A DNA stretch of 64,000 bases from an uncultured Pseudomonadota bacterium (GCA_963843375.1 CAWJKT010000014.1:64001-128000); one strand, 5' to 3'; positions 1 through 10,155 are shown, numbered from the stretch's first letter. Notes: a model not told the origin generated them from the letters alone. Translations and numbers: made by a program.

Positions 1-2
1 CA

Positions 3-1742
3 GTGTTTGCGGATCGCACCCAAAGGGCGGACTGCTTCGGACAAAGGTTAGAGGGCCCCGAATTGAAACAGCCTCAGGAGGCCGTGGATTTCAGGCGATG
101 GGGAATCCCATTCCTGCTTGTGGTTTACGCTGTTCTATTGGCGATCAATACGCCCACCTACCACGCTTTCGGACGGTTTGACCCCTACCACGAGGGGGAA
201 TCGCTAGGATCAGCCATTTCGTATCTGGCGGGCCGGCAGCCTTATCGGGATTTTGTTTTTTTTCATGGTTTGATCCAGGATCCCTTGCGTTCGGTCTGGG
301 CATTTGAGATTTTCGGAAAGTCCATAGGATCGCAAAGGGCTTTCGAGTCCATGGCTAAAGTGGTTCTTTGGGTCTTGCTGGCGTTTTTCCTCGACCGGCT
401 CTTTCAAAAAAAGACCTGGATTGTTCTTTCCGTTCTTTCCTTTTTGGCGGTGATTCACGTCAGCTTTTTCTTCAACGTTTTTGGAACCTTTCTTATGCCG
501 AGCCTCACTCCGGATTCGATCACGCAGAGTTTTTTGAGCCACCGGCCCTTTTGGGAAGGGTTTAATCTCCTGATTCTCACGGCAAGGGATGGTCTTACCT
601 TCGCATTTCTTTGCGTGTTCCTGGAAGTCCACGGGATTTTGGCGGAAAAACGGAGGTCTGGAAAATGGCGGGAGCGGATTCTTTACTTTTTTTTAGCTTT
701 TATCCCATTCGCCTCATTGGGATATTCGATCGACCGCGGCGTTTACCTGACGGCGACTTATGTCCTTCTTGCCCCCGTTTTGTTCTTTTTTATCACGCGG
801 AGTTCGAATTCGCGAAAGGACTTCGTCCTTTTTTCATTCGGGGGGATTCTAACTGCGTTTTTTCTATTGGAGTGGCTTCTTAAGGGGAAACTTTTAGATT
901 GTCTGCGATTCATTTTTTTTATTTTTCCATCCTATAAGGCTTTGTCGGAAAAAATTCCTTACCCCATCCACGAATGGAAATTTCTATTTGCGCTCCTGCT
1001 TGTTTCGGCGCAGGTTTTCGCGCTGATATGGAATGGATTGAGGGCGCGATCGATATTTGGAAAAGAGTGGATGGAATCTTTCTTGAGTAGGGCCCTTATC
1101 GAGATGACTCTAACCTTGATTTCGGTTTTTAGTTTTTTTAATGTTCTGGTTAGGTCGGATGAGGAACATCTTCTTTACGGATTGGGTGTCCCTTACATCC
1201 TGGCTCTTTTTGTCATTTTTAAAAAAGTAGAACCCTGGATGCAAAAACATATTGGGGTGAGAAGGCTTTTGGGATACGCCTGCTTTGTGGCGGTAGCCTC
1301 CATCCTGGCGGCCGGCGTTATTCGGGACATCCGTTGGAAGGCGTTGCAAAAGAATTTTCCATTGGAAACCGCCGATTCGGCTTTCATCCCGCCCGAGGAT
1401 CGGGCCGCCATTCTTTTCTTGAAAAGCGAAATGAAGCCCGGGGACGAATTCTTTACGATGACCTCCGAAGCCAGTTGGTATTACTACTTGGACAAGCCTT
1501 GTCCAACCCGTTTTCCCTATATCTGGACCGCGGCGCCGGAAGCCTTTCAGCGGGACATCAACCAAGACCTCTTGATTAAGAAGGTGAAATGGGTTCTTTT
1601 CCGGGATGACGACTGGTCCGGGCGGATTGACGATATTTCGAACGAGGAAAAATTTCCCGTCGTTGCCCGGTTTATCCGTGAAAATTATCATCCCTTCCAA
1701 AACATCGCGGGGAGGGAGATCTGGGTTTTGAATGGGCGATAA
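3..1742 (+). CDS. Polytopic membrane protein, 5'-truncated by the window edge; possibly a GT-C-fold glycosyltransferase-like protein
   Basis: Open from the window edge; many hydrophobic segments; acidic loop DPYHEGE after the first TM; soluble C-terminal tail (SWYYYLDKPCPTRF). Confidence 0.55.
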   Translation: MFADRTQRADCFGQRLEGPELKQPQEAVDFRRWGIPFLLVVYAVLLAINTPTYHAFGRFDPYHEGESLGSAISYLAGRQPYRDFVFFHGLIQDPLRSVWAFEIFGKSIGSQRAFESMAKVVLWVLLAFFLDRLFQKKTWIVLSVLSFLAVIHVSFFFNVFGTFLMPSLTPDSITQSFLSHRPFWEGFNLLILTARDGLTFAFLCVFLEVHGILAEKRRSGKWRERILYFFLAFIPFASLGYSIDRGVYLTATYVLLAPVLFFFITRSSNSRKDFVLFSFGGILTAFFLLEWLLKGKLLDCLRFIFFIFPSYKALSEKIPYPIHEWKFLFALLLVSAQVFALIWNGLRARSIFGKEWMESFLSRALIEMTLTLISVFSFFNVLVRSDEEHLLYGLGVPYILALFVIFKKVEPWMQKHIGVRRLLGYACFVAVASILAAGVIRDIRWKALQKNFPLETADSAFIPPEDRAAILFLKSEMKPGDEFFTMTSEASWYYYLDKPCPTRFPYIWTAAPEAFQRDINQDLLIKKVKWVLFRDDDWSGRIDDISNEEKFPVVARFIRENYHPFQNIAGREIWVLNGR

Positions 1743-1790
1743 AGGGGCGCTGAAAAATTATTTTAACCCTGCGTTACTTCCCTGCAACCG

Positions 1791-3446
1791 TTAAATCTCC
1801 ACGACTAAACTTTTTTCCTTTGTCATGGTGACCATGCCGAGGGGGGCTCCTGGTATTTTCTTGACGTTTTTTTTCTCGGTATAACTGACCATCACCTTCG
1901 TACCAGGTTTGGCTTTGCTGTGGGACGCGGCAAGGCGGGCTGCCTGGAGGATCGTTTCGCTGGGCACCACGGCATTTCTCTGCAATTTTCGAAGAACTAC
2001 GTGGGAACCGGGGAGATCCCGAACGTGGAACCAGAGATCTTCAGGCTGGGCCAGTTGAAAAGTCACGTAATCGTTGGCGGCCGCCGAGGTGCCGGCGCAA
2101 ATCTCCAGTTCCTTGTTCAGCTTTTCCCGGATGATGTTGGGCGTGGGAACCTTTTCCTCCTTCGGCTTGCGGGGTTTGGCCTCGGGTTCCTTCTTTTTGG
2201 GGAATAGGTCCAGGAAAGCCTTTCGGATTTCTTCCGGGCTCCTCAGGGCGGGCAGGCTGCGTTGAGCCGATTTCAATTGGTTCAACCGTTCCTGAATTTC
2301 CTTTTCGCGTTTATCCACCAAGGCCAATCCTCTGGAACCCTTTTGGGCTTTTTTGAAAAAACGCTGGGCGTTTTGAAGGGGCGTCATTTCAGGATCGAGC
2401 GGAACCGTGACCCGCCCCGGGGTTCCGCGCACAAGGTCTTCCAGGCTGGCTTCCTTCAAATGAAGTTTGATCTTGTGCAATTGGGCCATCAAGAGCTCGC
2501 CCCACCATTGGTATTGGTCGGATCTTTCCGCCTCGTCCCTGTCTTTCTTGAGTTTTTCCAAAATCCGTTTCTCGTGTTTGATGGCTTTCGCGACTTCGGA
2601 TTCCAATTTTGTTTTTTGAGTCAGGCGGACTTGGTTCTCGAACTCCAGCTTGAAAAGTTTTTCGAGGGCCTCGCTGAGGGTGGAATAAACGATGGATTCC
2701 TTTTCCGAGGCGCCGGAATCAAAAAGCCTCAGGGAGGGTGGTGGACCGGGAAAAAGCCGATAGTGTTCCAGGCCTTTTTCCGGCGTCGAAGTTCTCAGCC
2801 GTTCCCATTCGAAGAAAGCATTTTCACCGAATTTTTCAAGATGGGCGGTCAGTTCGGTATCGGTTCCCCGGAACTTTTCCTTCAGCCAGGCGCCGAGGGA
2901 GGGACGGTTTGCCTGATTCCAGAGTTTTTCAACCTCGTTGCCGGTGAGGTTCCATAAGTTGGGTTTATCCAGGGGCTGGGGAGGTTTTTGATAGAGAGTT
3001 TGCGGCATAACCAACCGTTCTACGTCGTTTTTGTAGCGCAGGGCGCTGATGATCAGGTTGTCTGGACCCAACAAAATGAGATTGGGATATTTGGGAATTC
3101 CCTCGAAAACGAGCCGGAAGATCCCTTCGGTGGTTTTAAAGTGGAAATCCATGAGGCGTTCGCCGGCTTCGGATTGGATTTCAATGAGCTGGGCGTATTC
3201 CAGGTTTTTCCTTAAAGACCGGCAAAAGTTCGGGGGTTTCGCCAAGGCCGGGCTTTTTTCCCTGGTACAAAAAAGGATGGGTTTATGGGGAATGATCGCG
3301 ATAACCAAGGTGCGGGTGGTTCGGTCTGGGTGATAGAAGGTCAAATCCACGACTTCAGGAGCGGATTGGGAAATGTGGGAGAGGCGGGTTGAGAGAAGCA
3401 ACTGCCTCAACTCGCGGACAAAAAGATGCACTAAAAGAGGTGTCAA
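1791..3446 (-). CDS. rqcH: NFACT/RqcH (FbpA-like) ribosome quality control protein
   Basis: N-terminal FCRSLRKNL and ERL...NLILL; LDPEMTPLQNAQRFFKKAQK; NFACT-R motif NDYVT...DLWFHVRDLPGSHVVL...AARLAA...YTEKKNVKK. Confidence 0.9.
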   Translation of the reverse strand: MTPLLVHLFVRELRQLLLSTRLSHISQSAPEVVDLTFYHPDRTTRTLVIAIIPHKPILFCTREKSPALAKPPNFCRSLRKNLEYAQLIEIQSEAGERLMDFHFKTTEGIFRLVFEGIPKYPNLILLGPDNLIISALRYKNDVERLVMPQTLYQKPPQPLDKPNLWNLTGNEVEKLWNQANRPSLGAWLKEKFRGTDTELTAHLEKFGENAFFEWERLRTSTPEKGLEHYRLFPGPPPSLRLFDSGASEKESIVYSTLSEALEKLFKLEFENQVRLTQKTKLESEVAKAIKHEKRILEKLKKDRDEAERSDQYQWWGELLMAQLHKIKLHLKEASLEDLVRGTPGRVTVPLDPEMTPLQNAQRFFKKAQKGSRGLALVDKREKEIQERLNQLKSAQRSLPALRSPEEIRKAFLDLFPKKKEPEAKPRKPKEEKVPTPNIIREKLNKELEICAGTSAAANDYVTFQLAQPEDLWFHVRDLPGSHVVLRKLQRNAVVPSETILQAARLAASHSKAKPGTKVMVSYTEKKNVKKIPGAPLGMVTMTKEKSLVVEI

Positions 3447-3592
3447 TCGGAATTCCTTATTTTAATTTGCGGATGGGTCCATTATCGCACATCCCGCGCT
3501 TTACCCGTAATCGCTCCATCTGTTTTGACGTCGAAGTAAAGTCTAACGGCAGGTTAAATCTTTGCGGTTTCCATTTTTATTTGGGTCTTGGT

Positions 3593-3621
3593 TTGACACC
3601 CATGGAGCGGAAGTCTAAACT
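3593..3621 (+). promoter_or_regulatory. Sigma70-type promoter of the fad operon
   Basis: TTGACA (3593-3598), 17 bp spacer, TAAACT (3616-3621), about 110 bp upstream of fadD. Confidence 0.6.
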
Positions 3622-3731
3622 GATATCCAGAAGCCACTTTTCCAACGCAACGGGGGCGCCCATGGGCCGATTCACTCTTGGAAAAATGAAGGAAATCGGC
3701 GCAATACCGACCTCCTTGAAAAACCCAGTCA

Positions 3732-5420
3732 ATGGCAGTCGGCATGAGTGAGAAGCCTTGGCTTTCCTCTTATGATGAAGGTGTCCCCAAGACCCTCGAA
3801 TATCCCGAAAAATCCTTTTCTGAACTGCTTCAGGATGTTTCCGGCAAATATCCCCAAAATCCGGCCCTCTATTATTTCGGGTCCCGCATGGATTACGCCG
3901 ACCTGAATGAAAAGGCCAGTCGTTTCGCCAATTTATTGATAAAAGAAGGCGTAAAACCCGGTGACCGGGTGGCCCTTTACATGCCTAATTGCCCAGCTTG
4001 CGTGATCGCCTTTTTCGGTATCTTAAGGGCAGGGGCGATTTTGACTCAATTAAACCCCCTCTATTCCGCCGGCGAAACCGCCTACCAATTGAAGGATTCG
4101 GGGGCTAAGTTGGTGGTCTCACTGGACCGGTTCGTCCCAATTCTGCGGCAAGTGGCGGGGGAATGCGGGTTAAAAAAAGTATGGATTACCCGGATCAACG
4201 ATTATTTCCCGATTCCCTTGAAGTGGCTTTATCCCCTGAAAGCGAAAAAGGAAAAGAGCTGGGTGGACTGGCCAACGGAACCGCTCTTTGCCAGCTTTTT
4301 AAAAGAGTTGGATTCCGCTTCTGCCTCGCCCCTTTCGGTTTCAATCCAGATGGATCAGACCGCTTTGCTTCAATATACGGGGGGCACCACGGGAGTGGCC
4401 AAGGGAGTGATTCTGACCCACCGCAACTTGGTGGCCAATGCCTACCAATGTAAAGCCTGGTTTCCCAAGCTGGAAGATGGGAAGGAAGTCTTCATGCTGG
4501 CCATACCCATCTTCCATTGTTACGGCATGACCGCCGGGATGACTTTCGCCCTGGTCATGGCGGCTTCCATGGTTCTGGTTCCTAAATTCGAAGTCACCCA
4601 GGTTTTGAAGGCGGTGGACAAATACAGGGTCGGTATTTTTCCCGGAGTTCAGGCCATTTATGTGGCGATCAATAATTATCCGGAAGTGGGAAAGTATAAC
4701 GTTCACAGTATCAAGGCCTGCATTTCGGGCGCCGGGCCGCTGCATCAGGAAGTGCAGAAGAAATTCGAGGCTCTTACTGGAGGGAAATTGGTGGAGGGTT
4801 ATGGTCTCACCGAGGCTTCCCCGGTCACCCATTGCAATCCGGTTTACGGAACGCGCAAGATGGGTATGATCGGTTTGCCCTTTGTGGGAACCGACTCCCG
4901 GATTATGGACGTGGAGACGGGAAAAATTGAAATGAAGGTTCGGGAAATCGGGGAGTTGACGATCAAGGGACCCCAAGTGATGCAGGGCTATTGGAACCAC
5001 CCGGAAGAAACCGCCATGGTTTTGAAAGATGGCTGGCTCTACACCGGGGACATCGGCTATATGGACGAAGATGGTTTTTTCGCCATCGTGGACCGCAAAA
5101 AGGACATGGTGAAGGTCGGTGGAGAGAATGTCTACCCGCGGGACGTGGAAGAAGTGCTTTTCAAGAATGAGAAAATCCTGGATTGTGTGGTGGCCGGGGT
5201 GCCCGATGAGAAGTTGGTGGATAAAATCAAGGCTTACATCGTCTTGAAGCCGGGTTGCAAGGCTGAACCCGGCGAAATCATCGATTTCTGTAAGGACAAA
5301 ATGGCGAAATACAAGGTGCCAAAGGAAGTGGAATTTAGAGAGTCGTTACCTAAGAATATGGTGGGAAAGATGCTTCGACGGTTGCTGGTGGAAGAGGAAA
5401 AAGCGAAACTGAAAAAATGA
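3732..5420 (+). CDS. fadD: Long-chain fatty acid--CoA ligase (alternative start 3744)
   Basis: AMP-binding motifs LQYTGGTTGVAKG, EGYGLTEASP, GWLYTGDIG, VDRKKDM, LPKNMVGK. Confidence 0.93.
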   Translation: MAVGMSEKPWLSSYDEGVPKTLEYPEKSFSELLQDVSGKYPQNPALYYFGSRMDYADLNEKASRFANLLIKEGVKPGDRVALYMPNCPACVIAFFGILRAGAILTQLNPLYSAGETAYQLKDSGAKLVVSLDRFVPILRQVAGECGLKKVWITRINDYFPIPLKWLYPLKAKKEKSWVDWPTEPLFASFLKELDSASASPLSVSIQMDQTALLQYTGGTTGVAKGVILTHRNLVANAYQCKAWFPKLEDGKEVFMLAIPIFHCYGMTAGMTFALVMAASMVLVPKFEVTQVLKAVDKYRVGIFPGVQAIYVAINNYPEVGKYNVHSIKACISGAGPLHQEVQKKFEALTGGKLVEGYGLTEASPVTHCNPVYGTRKMGMIGLPFVGTDSRIMDVETGKIEMKVREIGELTIKGPQVMQGYWNHPEETAMVLKDGWLYTGDIGYMDEDGFFAIVDRKKDMVKVGGENVYPRDVEEVLFKNEKILDCVVAGVPDEKLVDKIKAYIVLKPGCKAEPGEIIDFCKDKMAKYKVPKEVEFRESLPKNMVGKMLRRLLVEEEKAKLKK

Positions 5421-5439
5421 TTTCACGAAGGGGGCCTTT

Positions 5440-6630
5440 ATGAAGGAAGTGGTCATCGTGGACGGGGCGAGAACACCCATCGGCAACATGGGCGGTGCCT
5501 TAAAAGACGTGACGGCGCAGGATATGGCCGCAACCGTCATCAGGGAAATCGTAAAGCGCAACAACTTGAAGCCCTCGGACGTGGAGGAAGTGATCCTGGG
5601 TTGCGTGGGTCAGTTTTCCGACGCCCCAAATGTCGGAAGGGTTGCCGCCTTATTGGCTGGGCTTCCCAAGGAAGTGACCGGTTATACCGTTCAGCGCAAT
5701 TGCTCTTCGGGAATGCAGGCTTTGGTGAATGCCTATCAGAATATTCAATGCGGGGACGCGGACATCCATTTGGCGGGCGGGACCGAATCCATGAGCCAAG
5801 CCCCTTATGTGAGCCGGGACTTGAGGTTCGGAAAACGCATGCGAGACTCGAGAATGGTTGATAGCTTGATGGAAGGGCTCACCGATCCGGTTTGTCATTT
5901 GGTCATGGGCCAGACGGCTGAGGTTTTGGCCGAGGAATTCAAGATATCCCGAAAGGAACAGGACGAATACGCGGTCCAAAGCCATAAAAAGGCCTTCCGA
6001 GCCCAGCGGGAAAACAAGTTTAAGGACGAAATCGTGCCGGTGATGGTACCCAAAAAGGTCATGGGCAAACCCGTGACACCCGAGCCGGTCTCTCTGGACG
6101 AGGGGATCAATGCGGCTCTCAATGAACAAACCCTTGCCGCCTATCCGACGATTTTTAAGGAGGGTGGGACGGTTACCCCGGGCAACGCATGTGGTATCAA
6201 TGACGGGGCTTGTGTGATGCTGGTCATGTCCAAAGAGAAGGCCGATGCCTTAGGTTACAAACCGCTGGGGACCATCCGCTCCTATGCTTTCACCGGGGTC
6301 GAACCCGAGCGGATGGGAATCGGCCCCGCTTACGCCATCCCCAAAGCTTTAAAGAAGGCGGGTCTGGAACTTTCGAACATGCAGTTGATTGAGATTAATG
6401 AGGCCTTTGCGGCCCAGGTTTTGGCCGATGACCGGGTCCTGAAGATGAACCGGGAGATCCTGAACGTGAACGGCGGGGCCATCGCTCTGGGTCACCCGGT
6501 GGGCATGACCGGCGCAAGGCTTGTCTTGACGGGTTTGAGGGAAATGGCTCGCCGAAATCTCTCTCTGGGGGTCATCTCCATGTGCATCGGCGGGGGCATC
6601 GGCGGGGCGATGGTACTCGAGCGTAAATAA
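5440..6630 (+). CDS. fadA: Acetyl-CoA C-acyltransferase (thiolase)
   Basis: Catalytic motifs RNCSSG, NEAFA, GHPVG, CIGGG. Confidence 0.92.
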   Translation: MKEVVIVDGARTPIGNMGGALKDVTAQDMAATVIREIVKRNNLKPSDVEEVILGCVGQFSDAPNVGRVAALLAGLPKEVTGYTVQRNCSSGMQALVNAYQNIQCGDADIHLAGGTESMSQAPYVSRDLRFGKRMRDSRMVDSLMEGLTDPVCHLVMGQTAEVLAEEFKISRKEQDEYAVQSHKKAFRAQRENKFKDEIVPVMVPKKVMGKPVTPEPVSLDEGINAALNEQTLAAYPTIFKEGGTVTPGNACGINDGACVMLVMSKEKADALGYKPLGTIRSYAFTGVEPERMGIGPAYAIPKALKKAGLELSNMQLIEINEAFAAQVLADDRVLKMNREILNVNGGAIALGHPVGMTGARLVLTGLREMARRNLSLGVISMCIGGGIGGAMVLERK

Positions 6631-6692
6631 TTCGGCCGGATTTTATGGATTCGTTTTTTTGAGTTTTGGATTAAAAATACCCGGAGGGGAAA

Positions 6693-7904
6693 ATGTTCAT
6701 TTACAAAGCGGGTGTGATTGGCGCCGGAGCCATGGGGGCGGGTATCGCTCAAGTCATTTCCTTTTCCGGCCTTCCGGTGGTCTTAAAAGATACCGATGAG
6801 GATAGGGTGAAAAAGGGAATCGAGATGATCCGAAAGGTTTATCAGGGGCGGGTGGACAAGGGCAAGATGTCCTCCTCCGAGATGGACCAGAAGATGAACC
6901 TGGTCACCGGCACGACTTCCTATGATGATTTCAAGGATTGTGACTTGGTAGTGGAGGCTGTTTTTGAGAGCATGAAAGTGAAGCACCAAGTCTTCCAAGA
7001 ACTTGAAAAAGTGCTTCCGCAAACCGCCATCATGGCCACCAACACTTCGGCTCTTTCTATCACCCAGATCGCTTCGGCGGTGAAAAGATCCGAGAAAGTC
7101 ATCGGTCTGCACTTTTTTAATCCGGCTCCCGTCATGAAACTGGTGGAGGTGATTCCAGGGCTTCAAACCTCGCCGGAAACGGTGGACGATACGGCGGCTT
7201 TCGCCGAGTCCTTGCGCAAGATGCCGGTCCGGGTGAAGGAATGCGCGGGATTTCTGGTGAACCGGTTGCTTCTTCCTTATTTAAATGAAGCGGCTTATGC
7301 CTTGCAGGAAAGTTCGGCGCCACCCGAGGAGATGGACAAAGCCTTGCGGGCTTTTGGCATGCCCATGGGGCCTTTTGCTCTTCTGGATATGCTGGGTCTG
7401 GATGTCTGCGCCGAGGTTTCCATGATTCTTTATGATTCCTTTGGGCCCCGCATGAAGGCGGCTGAGATTTTGGGGGAGATGCATAAGGCCAACCGTTTGG
7501 GCACTAAAAACGGCATCGGTTTCTATGTTTATGACGATGCCAAGAAGGCCGATTTGAAGCCCATCGTGGAGGCCATTCAAGCCAAGACGGGGGTGAAAGG
7601 AACACCCTTTTCACCCGAGCGGCTGGTATTCCAGATGATCAACGAGGCGGCCTATTGTCTGGAAGAAAACGTGGCCTCGCCCTCGGACATCGATTTGGCC
7701 ATGTTGGCGGGAACGGGATTTCCCCAAGACAAGGGCGGGCCTTTGCATTTGGCGGATGGAATTGGGGTGGACAAAGTGCTGGAAAAATTAAAGGAATTCT
7801 CTCAAACGTTGGGGCCCCGTTTCTGGCCGGCGCCTATATTGAAACGGATGGTTTCCGCCAATTATTTGGGGCAAAAGACAAAACGCGGGTTCTTTAACTA
7901 TTAA
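6693..7904 (+). CDS. 3-hydroxyacyl-CoA dehydrogenase with two C-terminal helical domains
   Basis: GAGAMGAGIA Rossmann motif, EAVFE, NTSAL, HFFNP, GFLVNR; duplicated 3HCDH C-domain (PMGPF and GGPL). Confidence 0.92.
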   Translation: MFIYKAGVIGAGAMGAGIAQVISFSGLPVVLKDTDEDRVKKGIEMIRKVYQGRVDKGKMSSSEMDQKMNLVTGTTSYDDFKDCDLVVEAVFESMKVKHQVFQELEKVLPQTAIMATNTSALSITQIASAVKRSEKVIGLHFFNPAPVMKLVEVIPGLQTSPETVDDTAAFAESLRKMPVRVKECAGFLVNRLLLPYLNEAAYALQESSAPPEEMDKALRAFGMPMGPFALLDMLGLDVCAEVSMILYDSFGPRMKAAEILGEMHKANRLGTKNGIGFYVYDDAKKADLKPIVEAIQAKTGVKGTPFSPERLVFQMINEAAYCLEENVASPSDIDLAMLAGTGFPQDKGGPLHLADGIGVDKVLEKLKEFSQTLGPRFWPAPILKRMVSANYLGQKTKRGFFNY

Positions 7905-7914
7905 GGAGGATTTT

Positions 7915-8694
7915 ATGGGCCAATACGTTAGTGTTTCAATCGAAAGCAAAGTCGCCACGGTGACCATCAATCATCCCCCGGTCAATGTCCTTTCGCCGGA
8001 GGTCCTGAAGGAACTGGAGGCCCTCTTCGATGAGTTGAAGGGGAATAAGGACGTTAAAGTCATAGTCTTGACGGGAACAGGCCCCCATTTCATCGCGGGG
8101 GCGGACATCAAGCAAATGTCCCAGATTCAGTCGGTCGCCGAGGGCAAGAAAGCCGCCGGGGAAGGGCAGCGAATTTTTCTCAAAATCGAAAGATTTGAAA
8201 AACCCGTGATTGCCGCCATCAACGGTACCTGCTTAGGGGGCGGAATGGAATTGGCCATGGCTTGCCATATCCGCATGTGTTCGGATCATGCCCGGTTGGG
8301 ACAACCCGAAATCAATTTAGGGATCATTCCGGGTTTTGGCGGAACCCAAAGAATGTCCCGCTTGGTGGGACGCGGAAAAGCGACCGAGTGGATTTTAACG
8401 GGGGACAATATCGCGCCCCAGGACGCCAAGGCTTTAGGACTGGTCAATCATGTTTTGCCGGAATCGGAAGTGCTTCGACAGGCCCAGGGGATGGCTAAAA
8501 AAATCGCCATGAAGCCGGCTTCCGCCATTGCCGCCGCCTTGCGGGCCATCAACAACGGATTGGAACAGCCCGCCATGGACGCCGCCATGGCGGCCGAACT
8601 GGAAGGATTCGGCAAGTGCTGCGAATCGCCGGATATGCGCGAAGGCATCAAGGCTTTTGTGGAAAAAAGACAGCCGCAATTCACGGACCAATGA
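7915..8694 (+). CDS. Enoyl-CoA hydratase (crotonase family)
   Basis: AGADI, GGGMELAMAC, GQPEINLGIIPGFGGTQR. Confidence 0.93.
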   Translation: MGQYVSVSIESKVATVTINHPPVNVLSPEVLKELEALFDELKGNKDVKVIVLTGTGPHFIAGADIKQMSQIQSVAEGKKAAGEGQRIFLKIERFEKPVIAAINGTCLGGGMELAMACHIRMCSDHARLGQPEINLGIIPGFGGTQRMSRLVGRGKATEWILTGDNIAPQDAKALGLVNHVLPESEVLRQAQGMAKKIAMKPASAIAAALRAINNGLEQPAMDAAMAAELEGFGKCCESPDMREGIKAFVEKRQPQFTDQ

Positions 8695-8738
8695 AACAAT
8701 TTCAACGGTGATTGGCAAGTCATTGATAAGGAAAAACG

Positions 8739-9605
8739 ATGCCCAAAAAGTCTAGGACCACCAAGGAGTTTCAAACCCTTACCGAACTGCGACAAGCCAG
8801 CGAGGATAGCCGTTATAAGGTTGGATTGGCCCTTTGCGGGGGAGTGGCTTATGGCGTCGCCCAAATCGGCGTGCTCAAGGCTTTGGAAGAGGCGGGCATC
8901 AAGGTGGATTGCCTGGCAGGTACCAGTTCGGGCGCCATTATTGCCGCCGCCTACGCCTCCGGCTTGCCGGTTTCTAGGATCGCGGAAATTGGAATCAATA
9001 CCAATTGGGGGGAGCTTTTTTCCTTTAGGCCTTCCCGCAAAGGGCTGGTTTCTTCCGGTCCCATCGCGGAATACATTCGCAAGTACCTCAAGGTGGATAA
9101 TTTTGAGCAGCTGAAAAAACCGTTGGCGGTTGTTGCCACTGACATATGCTCCGGAGAAGAGGTCATCTTCACCCGTGGAGCTCTGGACAAGGCGGTGCGC
9201 GCCTCCTGTTCCATCCCTGGGATTTATAGTCCGGTGGAACTGGATGGAAGGCAACTGGCGGATGGGGGCATGGCTGAGAACGTACCCGTGAAGGCCTTAA
9301 AAAGCATTGGGGCCGACGTGGTGATTGCGGTGAATCTTTTCGGGCACCACCAAGTGTTCCCTCCCGCTTCTAATGTTTTCCAGATTCTCATGCGGGTCTG
9401 GTATTTCTTCGTGCGGGAGGAATCGGCTTGGCGAGAACAATGCGATGTCATTCTTGAGCCGGATCTGCGCATGTTTGATTTGTTTGATTTCAGCGACGGC
9501 AAAGCCATCATCGCGGCGGGGGAGAAGGAAGCCAAGCGCCAGATGCCCAAGATCAAACAGGTTATCCAACGGCGGTTTTTCTTCCGGCCTGAAATCTATC
9601 GTTGA
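8739..9605 (+). CDS. Patatin-like phospholipase (RssA/NTE family)
   Basis: GGVAYG oxyanion loop, GTSSG nucleophile, ASCSIPG, DGG. Confidence 0.88.
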   Translation: MPKKSRTTKEFQTLTELRQASEDSRYKVGLALCGGVAYGVAQIGVLKALEEAGIKVDCLAGTSSGAIIAAAYASGLPVSRIAEIGINTNWGELFSFRPSRKGLVSSGPIAEYIRKYLKVDNFEQLKKPLAVVATDICSGEEVIFTRGALDKAVRASCSIPGIYSPVELDGRQLADGGMAENVPVKALKSIGADVVIAVNLFGHHQVFPPASNVFQILMRVWYFFVREESAWREQCDVILEPDLRMFDLFDFSDGKAIIAAGEKEAKRQMPKIKQVIQRRFFFRPEIYR

Positions 9606-9728
9606 AATTAACCCAAGTTGAAATGGATTTGCCATCGCCATGTCCTTTGGGCGCTTTTCATTCGAGTAAAATTCCTTAAAACCTTTATTTTTTAATGAAA
9701 AAGGCCTCTTTAAAATGAGGGTTTTTTC

Positions 9729-9757
9729 TTGCTGCTCCCTTCATACAGGGGCATAAT
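9729..9757 (+). promoter_or_regulatory. Probable sigma70 promoter of hup
   Basis: TTGCTG (9729-9734), 17 bp, CATAAT (9752-9757). Confidence 0.4.
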
Positions 9758-9812
9758 TGCTAGCATTCTTATTATTTTTAAAGCTTTTTTTGTCCAGCGG
9801 GAGGTGTTTGGT

Positions 9813-10085
9813 ATGACCAAGGATGAGTTGGTTGCCAAGGTTGCGGAAACCACGGGAGTCAAAAAAGTTGATCTTCAAAAGGCCCTGGATTCCATCATTC
9901 AGACCATCATCGAAACAATTAAAACGGGAGAAAAAGTCAACATTACGGGCCTGGGAATTTTCAAGATAAAAGACAAGAAAGCCAGGTTGGCCCGGAATCC
10001 TAAAACCGGTGAATCCATTCAAGTTCCCGCCAAGAGAGCACCCAAATTTCTACCTTCCAAAAATTTAAAAGAGGCAGTTAAGTAA
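9813..10085 (+). CDS. hup: DNA-binding protein HU
   Basis: MTKDELV...GLGIF...ARLARNPKTGESIQVPAKRAPKF; GGAGG RBS supports ATG 9813. Confidence 0.95.
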   Translation: MTKDELVAKVAETTGVKKVDLQKALDSIIQTIIETIKTGEKVNITGLGIFKIKDKKARLARNPKTGESIQVPAKRAPKFLPSKNLKEAVK

Positions 10086-10114
10086 ACGCCGTTTTTCCCT
10101 TTTGTTAAAGAGTC

Positions 10115-10142
10115 AAAAGCCCCTTTTTTAGGGGCTTTTTTT
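10115..10142 (+). terminator. Intrinsic terminator after hup
   Basis: AAAAGCCCCT / AGGGGCTTTT hairpin followed by a T run. Confidence 0.8.
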
Positions 10143-10155
10143 ATGTCGGTAGACC

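Noticed and set aside
9729..9812. N-terminal extension of HU from the ORF track
   Set aside because: Overlaps the promoter; the RBS and family length support ATG 9813
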